A stretch of DNA of 64,000 nucleotides. Origin: Perkinsus chesapeaki ATCC PRA-425. Its lineage: Eukaryota; Protista; Perkinsozoa. Location of the stretch: positions 1 to 64,000 of the forward strand of contig JAAPAO010000105.1 in NCBI GenBank assembly GCA_013115145.1. The letters run 5' to 3'. A program made the translations under genes and the position numbers. The first letter of the stretch is position 1. Each line of letters begins with the position of its first letter. Positions 12,472 to 22,899 of the stretch are shown in pieces. The notes under the pieces were generated by a model that saw only the letters and a program-made list of their open reading frames with translations, had not been told where the DNA came from and did not search any database.

Positions 12472-12857
12472 ATAACCTCAGCTTATGCCCAGTTGTAACG
12501 CTCGTGTAGATGCCTTAACTTTCCGTTGCCTATGCTCGGCTTGAATAAGTTGGCGCGTTTATGGGACGGTTCAGCTGAAGCTTTCCCGCCGGCGACACTT
12601 TTTACGTCCAGAATATTAAACTATTCCGTTATCAGGATTACTACTATTACCAATAGACTCGTGTTAACAAACAAGTACACAGTGAGAGTTTCAAACGGTG
12701 TATCCGAAAAACAGTCAGACTTGAGCAAAAAGAAAGAACTGTTAGTCTGTTGAAAGCATCCACGCTGGAACTACAACCGGCGGTTGTCGACCGCCGTGAT
12801 ATTGAGGTTATCATACTTCCCACCGAAAGCAGCCTCGACGAGGGCAATGGTCACTGC
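12338..12857 (+). repeat. direct segmental duplication, copy 1 (partner about 15847-16340)
   Basis: Near-identical sequence from aatcctccgtagggttcgcc to gagggcaatggtc at both loci, with several indels. Confidence 0.9.
12742..12857 (-). pseudogene. orphan, disrupted last exon of the CTP-dependent kinase family
   Basis: Reads TIALVEAAFGGKYDNLNITAV, then a palindromic insertion, then PAWMLSTD*. No upstream exons found. Confidence 0.8.
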
Positions 12858-13727
12858 TTGAATGGGATAGAGCACTCTATCCCAGTATCGAATGTGTAAC
12901 TACCTCCTCTAATATTTGGCAATCAATACTAACGGAACTATGCAACTGAACACTTCTCTGATTTGAAAGGCCAAACGTCTGCTGACAAAAAACGCCGAAA
13001 TCAAAAAAAGTCTAAAAATGAAGGGATACGTTATACTCACGTCTATCAACTGCTTTCGACAGCACGATGATAGTGGCGATGAACTTTCCAATAATCTGTC
13101 GATTTAGAGGGTAAAAGTAAAATGTCTATAAGGAATTATCGAGGTAGAAGTATTAGTTAGCCAGCGTGCAATGATGTCACGTGGCATCACGTGGTGAAAC
13201 ATCACGTGGTAAAAATAGTGGCATATAGGAATGTACCATTACAGAACATTCCATCACAGGTGTAACAACAGGGCTACATTTAATACAAGCCCAGTGATGA
13301 CTGCAGATGTCTCGGGTGCGTCAGATGTGTACGGCACATCTGGGACTGATCTGGGAATCCATTCAAACATGGTGAGGATGCCTCGACGCCCCTGAGAGAA
13401 TGATATTACCAAAAAAACAACATAGAGCGCTCCAAAGGACAGGTTTCCATCAAGGGCGCTTCGATAAAAGTGATTAAAATTCCCAACGTGTTTCTACTGA
13501 ATAAGATTGATGCTTGCAAGTATCGATATGCTCTATATTCAACTAGCTGGCGACTTCAAGTGATATACTGATGATCATAGCGCAAATGCACTTACCTCCA
13601 TGTAATTTCCAAGTATATAGACGAATATTTTACCAGTTTCGGTATCCTCCCGGACCGTTATACCACTGGTATTATGGACGTAATACCTTGACAGGATGAC
13701 GAGTGTATTACAGATATAGCGATTGAA

Positions 13728-15215
13728 TTAAAACATGAGCCAGCGAAAAGAGGAAGCCCACTTTATCTCGGCGAGATTCCCGGTAATGCTCTCAGGTACA
13801 AGAACACCTTCGTTGAGGATAGCCTCATCGAGGGACTCAGATGTGACCAGTCCAATGTAAATGCCAGCCGAGTCCGCAGGGTTAGACCTGACAAGGCAAC
13901 AGTGATCTCCCACGACAAGTCAATTAACTCACCGGTGGAAAAGGATCAAAATATCTCCATTGGGCAGCTCGGCCATGTCCATTGGGAAGTAGCTATTTTG
14001 CGACTAAGAAATGGTAGGCAATCCTAGTACTAATTCGAATACTAAATAAGTTACTCAAAGTATCTTCACCAAAGACGATCCCCACCATGGTTACGCTAAT
14101 TTAACAAGTTTCTCTTACCTGCACATAAAACTGCTTATCTTCACCAGATTTCATGTCATGGGCCGAAACTGAAAAAGTCATGTGACCGGACTCGACGGAA
14201 GTCTCTTCAGGTTCCTCGCAGGCGATCAACAACAGATCATCTACCTCCGTTGAACCTGAGGAATTACATCTACCTAAAGCAGAGGCCGCGCACAGATCAT
14301 TAGTACGTAGTTTTAGGATTGATTTGATTCCACCATTTTCTTCGCATTTCTGGGGTACACGTTGCTCACAGAGGTCTTCAGCTCTCCGGGATAATACTCC
14401 ATCAGAGAATCTTAATGCACGACTTAATGCACGGAACAAGATGACTGGTCTTACTTCATCACGCATCCCGTGTTGGCATAATTGACAAAGAGCTCTCCTC
14501 GGCCACCGCCCTCATATACACCATTTATAGTTAGACCCTCTGCATTACCTGAACAAGACTGTTTTATTAGGAGGAAGTCCAGATCAAAGGATATGTAATA
14601 GCAGCATCACATATACAATATCACAGTTCATATTGATCGAAAGAAAGTATCAGTTGAAGCTATTAAATGAGTCACTTGAAGTGCGTGTGTCTAGAGATTC
14701 TCACCGTTAGGATTGCGAGGTCTTATCTCATTGCCGTTCACATCTCTCATGAGGTCCACGCGTGCGGTCTTAACATCGATTGGGAGCTCCGATGATGTAC
14801 TTGAGGATAGAGGCATGGTTACGAAGGACCTGAAAGAAGACGTAGTGGATGCCGGTAAAGCAGTCTTACCCATCCTGAGAGACAGCTAGCACTTCAGAGC
14901 CATTCGTGGCGACGAGTAGAGACCGAAGAGAGCTGAATATCATCTGGGTGTTCCGGCGTGGGCTTGCAGGTTGTAGATCTACAGTTTGAACATGGGAGAG
15001 GGTACCTGTATTATGGATGAGTGGTGAAGTTGCAAGCATAGAAGTCGAATTCTTACCTTTAGATGTTAGGAACTTGGGATTGATGGGATCCGTATCGAAC
15101 CATAGAGTTTTGGTTAGGACAGGGAATGCTCCAACAGTGCCAAAGTAGGATGACGCTGCCAGAAGAACCTTCAGAGTTGAACGCTTCAGTTGAGTAACCA
15201 TTGATAGCTTAAAAA
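13728..15215 (-). CDS. hypothetical multi-exon secreted-type protein
   Basis: Collinear minus-strand ORF blocks 14866-15279, 14691-14873, 14101-14466 and 13728-13913. N-terminus MVTQLKRSTLKVLLAASSYFGTVGAFP is signal-like. Exon joins not resolved. Confidence 0.45.
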
Positions 15216-15724
15216 GGGAAATTCTGTTGGTTATTAACAAGTGACGGCTTCTACGTCCCGCAGACCCTCCATGAGCCATGAAATGTGCGTTTTATAGACA
15301 AAACGGACTCTATGGAGCCAAACAGTAAAGGTGACGCCATAGGATTACAGTGCTGAAATATTGAGCTCCATTAGCGCCATGGACCGTAGCGACCTACTGG
15401 TGGCGCGACATTATTGGCTCTATAAAGATAACGTGCGGGTAGACCATATATTACGCTCGCTTTGAGAAACTCAACATTCCACCCAACAGTAAGAATCGCA
15501 ACGGTGAGTTATCGCCAATTTTGCCACTCTTCCTAATCTCGCAAAAGGCCTTCTTGGGCAACATCAGCCGTGGAGCGAATTAAATGACGTCACTTGTAGA
15601 CAAGGCGCTACAGAGCCCACTATGATTCTTTCATGTCACCTTGACGATAGAGATCCATGGAGCTTACTCTGTCTACAATGCTTCGGGTGACGTAGAAACA
15701 ATCCTATTTGAGGCGACGACTACG

Positions 15725-15831
15725 CAAACCCGAAATGAGTTCAAGAGAAAATCTACTTTGATGGTCACTGTACTCGAGTTCGAGATAGATCAGCAGTTCG
15801 GACAGAGCATCCAATCACCAATAACGACCAT
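15725..15831 (-). pseudogene. fragment of the last exon and 3' flank of kinase paralog 3
   Basis: MVVIGDWMLCPNC* aligns to MVVIGAWMLFPNY* at 20930-20970, and the tcactgtactcgagt flank is shared. Confidence 0.75.
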
Positions 15832-15846
15832 TCTGCGATTCATTCG

Positions 15847-16340
15847 AATCCTCCGTAGGGTTCGCCCGAGGGAGCGTTTAGGTGAAGAAAGGTCCTTTGG
15901 TCGGATGGGATGGTTACAGTCGTGAGCTTGAAATTCAGGCCGTATCAAGACTATCACTGGCAGCTCGAGACCTGATCAAACCCGTCGTATAGATAACCTC
16001 AGCTTATGCCCAGTTGTAACGCTCGTGTAGATGCCTTAACTTTCCGTTGCCTATGCTCGGCTTGAATAAGTTGGCGCGTGTATGGGACGGTTCAGCTGAA
16101 TCTTTCCCGCCGGCGACACTTTTTACATCCAGAATATTAAACTATTCCGTTATCAGGATTACTACTATTACCAATAGACTCGTGTTAACAAACAAGTACA
16201 CAGTGAGAAACAATCAGACTAAGATGAACAGAAACAACAGTTAGTCTGTTAAAAGCATCCACGCTGTAACCACAACCGCTGTGATATTGAGGTTATCATA
16301 CTTCCCACCGAAAGCTTCCACGAGGGCAATGGTCGTGGCT
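15847..16340 (+). repeat. direct segmental duplication, copy 2 (DXO-B 3' tail plus 3' end of kinase paralog 1)
   Basis: Matches 12338-12857. Carries a 12-nt segment (tcctttggtcgg) that copy 1 lacks. Confidence 0.9.
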
Positions 16341-17098
16341 ACCTGAGAACTGGCAGCTCCTTCAAGAGTTGATGATGACATGAGTTTACCAGTGAACGAG
16401 CAAGGACTCCAGTGGGCGAATGCAAAGTCACGAAAGCAACGACGAGAACCGCAAGGGAGCCCATGATAGTCTTGGAACCGACAAACTGAGGGTTGAATCT
16501 GAGAGTCAAATTGGCCGCATTTCACTGTTGAATTTGCGGTACCGTGGAAAATTACGGGATGCCCACTTCCCGACAACAGCCCCAGCCGGGTCGGCGAAGA
16601 AGACCGGCGCTAGAACGATTATAGGCAACCTCAGGAAGTACCAAATCCTGAAGTATTCAATGAGATATGGGAATAGAAGTATACTTACCCGACTACGACA
16701 AGATAGACGGTTATACCGATATCACCGTATATCCCGAAGCGCCAGTTAGGTATTCCTGGTATGAGCTCCCAAGTCATTACAAGGCTCGAGACTACCAGCC
16801 CATACGCGAACAAACGATTAATGAGGTACCTGGCATTATTAAGTTAAATGCGGATGGAGCGGTTGTATAACTTTGTGTTTAAAGAGAGCATCAGCACTCC
16901 TGTCCCCGCATGGCACAACTTTCTTGCTGCAAAGCTTGAGATATGCTGCTCGTCAAACTAAATACAATACAAGCATTTCGACGATCATTAAGAGGCAGGT
17001 CTTACCTGGAGGATAAGAAGGAAGAGGCCTTCCAAGGCCATAAGAAGTACACCAGTTTGTATCGATAAATCTATTTCAGGTATAACTGGAATAGACAT
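16241..17098 (-). CDS. CTP-dependent lipid-alcohol kinase family (phytol/farnesol/dolichol/DAG kinase; VTE5/DGK1/SEC59-like), paralog 1, 6 exons
   Basis: Spliced: MSIPVIPEIDL..LILQ|FDEQHISSFAARKLCHAGTG..|..GDIGITVY..|..FFADPAGAVVGKW..|..GSKTIMGSLAV..|..VEAFGGKYDNLNI..LTD*. RKxxH, DxxGAxVG, KTxxGS and DNL are the family motifs. Confidence 0.85.
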
Positions 17099-17330
17099 TA
17101 TTTCAAATAAAAAACACTATAGAAGCCGCGGCGGCACGGCACACAATTTTGCACCACCTTCACACTTATTTAAACGGGTTGGGGGGTTATGCCGTTCTCC
17201 ACGGCGCCTCAGTGTCAGGCCGCGCTTTCGCAGCCTCGGCTTGCTCATTCCTGTCGTTTTCTTGAGTTACTATTAGTTAACTCGAAGACAATATACACAA
17301 TGGATAATAACTCGAAGGGGTGGAAATGAA

Positions 17331-18214
17331 TCAGTTATGAGCGTTTAAAAACCAAGCAATAATAACGACGGCTGCAATATTGAGATTATCATATTTGCCT
17401 CCAAAACCTTCCACGACAGCGGTAACGAAAGCAACCTGAGACCACCTCGTTGGTATAACGCGCTCATGACGTGCGCGGTACTCACCATAAGGCGCGGTAG
17501 AAAAGTAGCTGGAGCGTGCAGAGTCACGAAGGCTACCACGAAAACGGCAACTGATCCGAGTACTGTCTTTGTACCGATCCATTTGGGGTTGAGACTGAAG
17601 ACAGGGGATACAAATTAGAACAAATCAAATGCTCAACTGGGTACTTTGGAATGTTCCTTGAAGCCCATTGACCGACGACGGCACCCGCTGGGTCGGCAAA
17701 GAACACCGGGGCTAGAACAGCTATAGGCAGCTCCATGAAATACCAGAACCTAATCAATGTGTTAATGCGTTCCTGTGTCTGGTTGCGAGATAACCTACCC
17801 AACGATGAGAAGGTATATAGTGATGCCAGGATCCTCGTAGGCGCCGAATCTCCAATTTGGGATGCCGGGAATGAGGGACCAGGTCATAGTAAGGCTTAGG
17901 GCGACCACACCGTAAATGTAGAGACGATTAACCAGTAGACTGAAACACGCTTTGGTGAAGGAACTTCGGGGAATGCCGATTTACTGGGAGGTTAAGAACA
18001 ACATCGAAAGTCCGCTGCCAGAATGGCAGAGCTTCCTAGCGGCAAATAGGGAGATGTGCTTGGTATCAAACTAAAGGGGGAACGGTTATGGCAGCTAAGA
18101 ATTGATTGAAGCTACCTGCAGCAAGATTAGAAAAAGCCCTTCGATGGCCATTACGGCAAAGCAGGCATTGACGGGGAGATCGATTTCGGGGATAACTGGC
18201 AGAGCGACGGCCAT
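17331..18214 (-). CDS. CTP-dependent lipid-alcohol kinase family, paralog 2, 6 exons
   Basis: MAVALPVIPEIDL..LLQ|FDTKHISLFAARKLCHSGSG..FFADPAGAVVGQW..VEGFGGKYDNLNI..AHN*. Intron positions match paralog 1. Confidence 0.85.
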
Positions 18215-19449
18215 GTCTTGTAAAAACTGCCAACGGAGCTTTCTGGCCATCAAAGGACCGGTACGTTCCCGAGAGAGACGCCCTACAATCCCGGTTCACG
18301 TCTCCAATGCGGCGCGCGCGTATATTCAGTCTTGTCCGAACTTCCCAGAGTTACCACACTGGATTCTCGCCCCAATGAGCGCACGGCGGCGCGGTGACCG
18401 CGCCTGCTCGTATCATTAATTGGTATCAGAGAGCAGCCCCCAGCATAAGGAATCCACGATCATATCCGCTCTCCCGCTGCTACAGGAGAACTGTACGCGC
18501 GCGTTTCTCAGGAGCGCTGAAGATATCGTCTTGCCCCTTTTCTTTTCATAAGCCTTGTATGCCTGCAGACTGCGCGGAGCGGGGACAGGCAGATTGGCCC
18601 CAAGTGTTGTGGGTCCCAGATTGCCTGCGAGTTTGCTATACCACCGGTTTTCTCACAACTAATTAATTCCTGAAGCTTTTACTCAATAAAGTAAAACCTC
18701 AGGGGTAAATTACTGCAACTAACTCACCGGCACAGGTGACCACGATACAATGATTCTGCGATCAACCCCTTAGACCTGATTGCTAGAGTACCTTCACAGC
18801 GCTGGTCTAGTACTTCCCCAAAGCTTCCGAACACTGGGATGCATGGCTAAGAGCTGGGAGATTGGCCATGTTTTGCAGCATTCATGGAAATTCCGTGGCG
18901 TAATAATGCCCTTGGTTGTCAATGATCACTTGAGACTATCACAAAGTTCAACTTTAAAACCCCCGAGGGGTTCTCTCAGTGAGAGAACGCCGGCGAGTGA
19001 CACTCGCCAGCGCCTCCGTGCACAGCTGTGCACTTGAACGCAGTTCAGTGAGAGGAGATAATGGCTAGTTCCTTGAGATAAGAGCGAATCTGTTTGACAC
19101 GTTTAAACCCTAGAATGGACAGCATTGTTGACCGGATTCCCACTAGCCGAATGGGGATGATCTAGGCAACAACAAATACATAGCGAGTAGCAAGCGATGC
19201 TCCCCCGTTTGCCGGCGTCTCCATACACAGCTACTGACTCCAACTCAGTTGGCTACAAGTCAACAATGGAAGCCCCTTTAGATGCCTTGGGGGTACCTTG
19301 AAGACATAGTGCATCGTGGTTGGAATATTATAGGTGTTTTTTGAGCCCGTACCTGGCCTTATCGCATATGTGAGAATTTAACATGTGCATTTGAAGTTAT
19401 CGAATGTTATTGGACAATGTACGTTCGTATCAACTATCTCTATTCAGTT

Positions 19450-19971
19450 ATGAATATGTCAATCAGGGTCATCATCACTCTACTAACCACCCTCTTCCTC
19501 AAGGAAGTGATATCATTCGAGCCGCTTGATGGAAGGGTCTTCTTCGCTGAAGAAGTAAATACATGGGAGCACACCTTACAGATCATCATCGCATTCTCCC
19601 AAGTATCCGGAAGGCCATTTGCATCCGTGAGAGTGGAATATGCGGAGTACTCGATGTATTTACCTGATTTACCCCATACTGTTTATATTCCTTACCACAT
19701 CGATGCGAACGACCCGTCTTTGATTCACTTGGATTGGGGGAACCAGGACTATCGTCGTATGCAGTTCATCAACTACATCAACTTCATGGAGCCTGGTGGA
19801 GCTAATCCAGATAATTTTTTGACGGTAACTCGGCGCATGACCGGCGTGTCTGAGGTTCTAGACTTATCAATGGGCTTGTCACCTTTCCCTCTGGTGTTGG
19901 ACGAGCAAGACACAGAGGATGAACCATTTCATCAGATCTTGATCAATTTCTGTTATCTCGCATCAAGCTGA
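19450..19971 (+). CDS. intronless secreted hypothetical protein
   Basis: Single ORF with a signal-like start (MSIRVIITLLTTLFLKEVIS). No recognisable domain. Confidence 0.65.
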   Translation: MNMSIRVIITLLTTLFLKEVISFEPLDGRVFFAEEVNTWEHTLQIIIAFSQVSGRPFASVRVEYAEYSMYLPDLPHTVYIPYHIDANDPSLIHLDWGNQDYRRMQFINYINFMEPGGANPDNFLTVTRRMTGVSEVLDLSMGLSPFPLVLDEQDTEDEPFHQILINFCYLASS

Positions 19972-20075
19972 TTTACTGTGATTTCTGAGGACTTATCGTT
20001 CGGAGGATCTGTGCCGATGGTGACACCACAGCAGTTTCCTTCCCGGTAGCGCGTGTTGGTTTTACTAGGTAGTGG

Positions 20076-20780
20076 TTGACGAATACAGGTCTGTTAGACT
20101 TTACTCTCAGATCTTGTGCTACCATATCTCAGGAGCACCGAGCAACTTGTAGCATGATCGAATGGATTCCTATACCAGTACCAAAACCCATTCATTTTAC
20201 GCATACCGAGTTTCATGCACACAGTAGACTCTCAATTTGTCTCCATCCGCTCTTGATACCAGATTGCACGTTTCCCGATCACCCTTCGTATATCAAGGGG
20301 ATTCTCAATAGGGTAATGAATTCAGAACCTCCGGCAATCGTGGTTCAGTCAACTTGAAACAGAGCAGACTTCCTCTCTTGGTGGCCACCTCACGACACGT
20401 TCCTTCTATATCGTTGCTTTGGCTTCCGAATCGGAAGTTTCGATTGAGGTTAGTGCTCGATCAAAGGCTTCTATTACGCCTAACGTTAATTGCTTACTCT
20501 GAGGTATGTTCTGTACTGTCTACCAGTCTATCGATTCTCCAAAGAAACCATAAAGATTCGAGAGGTTAGAAAAATCAAGTATTCGGTGAAGGGAGCATTA
20601 TTAGACGTCAGGCCCAGCAAGTATGGGTTGTTCGGCGATAAATTGGCATTTGTATTAGTTGAGAAAGGTCGATGACGTACGTTATACGTACACTACATTA
20701 CAGAGACGAGGAGACTAAGGCCTCAAGGCTGTCGGGACGAGTCTGGCGGAATTCAGAGACCGAAGCCATCACCGCTCATT
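20076..20780 (+). CDS. possible hypothetical multi-exon gene or gene relic
   Basis: Short coding-like blocks with GT/AG boundaries (e.g. YVLYCLPVYRFSKETIKIR...FVLVEK). No start or stop resolved. Confidence 0.25.
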
Positions 20781-20929
20781 TCAAACCCTGTTATGAGACT
20801 GGCTCCCCATGAGACCATCGCCTACGGGCATCCCGATATCGGATTTCCATTGGGGACTTACCAAACTCAAAACGCCCTTGGAGTGAGAAAACTTGAATTC
20901 ATCATCACTGTACTCGAGTCTGGGGCATA

Positions 20930-22466
20930 TCAGTAATTCGGAAAGAGCATCCAAGCACCAATAACGACCATAGCAATGTATAGGTTGTCGAACTTCCCAC
21001 CAAAGCCTTCGACAAGCATTGTTGTTAAGGAGGTCTGAGGTAGTCAAAAGGTCGCAGGTTCGAACCTACCGAACGGCATCTTACCATGAGTCTTGGTATG
21101 AACGAGCGCGGTCTGTAAAGAGTAAGAAAAGTAACCACAAACACCGCCAATGAGCCAATAACAGTCTTCTTGCCAACCCAAGCCGGATTATACCTGATGA
21201 ATAACCGTGAAAGTGACTGTCCGTTACACACTATTATGATCTTCATGTGTATACCGCTATAGGAGATATGTAATTAGCAAGTCTTCTCGAAAAAGGGGCG
21301 GGGCTCGCGCGCCCTTCACTTGCGAGTGTTTGGAGAATAATGTCATTTCGCTTGTGATGACTAACAGTTAACTATCGACCATAGTAACTCTATTAATAGG
21401 GATCCTATTTCTGTCCATTTAGTGCGACAAAAATGCCTGTGTCAAATCATACAGGCTGTGCTGTGCGAGGACAATGGGGTATGTACACTGTACAAGAGCA
21501 AGTGTGGTAGATAGTGCATTACTTGGGCATGTTCCTAGTGGCCCATTTACCGATAACCGCCCCGCTAGGATCTGCAAAGAATATAGGAGCGAGGACCGCT
21601 ACGGGAAACTCGAGATAAAACCAAAACCTGAATATAGACGGCAATATTGACGATCATTAGTAGACATGCGCTCAAGGGGAATACATTATTGCGAAATAAG
21701 ACAACACATTGAAATGACTTTTGGACCAGAGTGAGGCGAGTGGCTCGCTCGAGGTGAGCGGTTGAGTAGCAGAGTACGGTAATGTTTCCATTCGAAGATG
21801 CGCTTTCCAGTTGGAGACGACCCCACGGTGGTAGAAGGAGATGGCTGTTACTACCCAACTATAGTCAGATAAACAGATATGCCAATATCTCCATAATCCC
21901 CAAATCTCCATTTAGGAAGGCCAGGCATCAACTGCCAAGTCATTATCAGGCCGACTACTACTACAGCATAAACGTATAGTCGACAAATAAGGTACCTAGT
22001 ACTAGAATGTTGAGGAGTTTGCGGAGAGAGCGGTATTACTGTGGTGGAAGAAACAACATCATTAGACCGCTAAGCGAATGGCACATCTTTCTGGCAGCGA
22101 AGTCCGAGAAGTGCTTTGTATCGAACTGAAATAAACACAACAGTTGGTAGGCAACAGCTAGAGGTGTCAGAAAACAATTTATCTATGCAATTTACAGCAC
22201 CAAGGTGACCTTACTAACAATAAGCCAATGGCTACCCAGTCAAGTGATAAAATTCGAGTGCAAATTTCACTAGCGGTATTTCGGCATTCTCTCTATTCGG
22301 GATGGACGCTTCATCCCGGCTTCTCCATTTAATGGCCAATATCCGTATTCTATAGATTAATCCAAGTTCCGCCGTTGATACCGTATAAAAGCCTTCTTAC
22401 CTGTAAAACTAGAAGGAATAGTCCTTCAGCTATCATAAGCCCCAAGCAGCCTTCTGGTGATAACAT
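20930..22466 (-). CDS. CTP-dependent lipid-alcohol kinase family, paralog 3, 6 exons with longer introns
   Basis: MLSPEGCLGLMIAEGLFLLVLQ|FDTKHFSDFAARKMCHSLSG..|..GDIGISVY..|..FFADPSGAVIGKW..|..GKKTVIGSLAV..|..VEGFGGKFDNLYI..PNY*. Confidence 0.85.
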
Positions 22467-22899
22467 GTCTCAAGAAAAAGAAGGTAAGATCGAAAACAAT
22501 TTCAGCGGAGTTACTCCTCAGGGCGCGCGCTTTTTACGTAGAGTTCAACCAAATTAGCAAAATCGTGGCAGATGCGTTCCTTTGCAATTGGGTCGTTCTC
22601 TTTGACTAAAGCATTACGGAATCGACTATAGTACGTTACCCGTTAATAGGTAAATTCACTGTAGCATTATGACGGTCATGACGAGCATTATGACCCGTAT
22701 GATATTGACGTCGTTAATCGGTTACGTGTAAGGTAATACTGTTGTTGTCTAGGGCTATCGATTGACCTATTAAATGTCTGACTTCTCATCTATTAGTAAA
22801 CCCCCGTCCAACCAGCCCTCAAAGCCAGCCGAAGTAACCATCTCACATGCATACTCATTATTTACTATTAGGCACAGCTCCGACTAAGGCTAACAGTTG

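Noticed and set aside
7654-22466. An isoprenoid biosynthetic gene cluster (GGPP synthase-labelled genes next to prenol kinases)
   Set aside because: The proteins at 7654 and 11445 have no DDxxD prenyltransferase motifs and instead show DXO nuclease motifs. The database label I recall for this family appears to be a misannotation, so the adjacency gives no pathway evidence.
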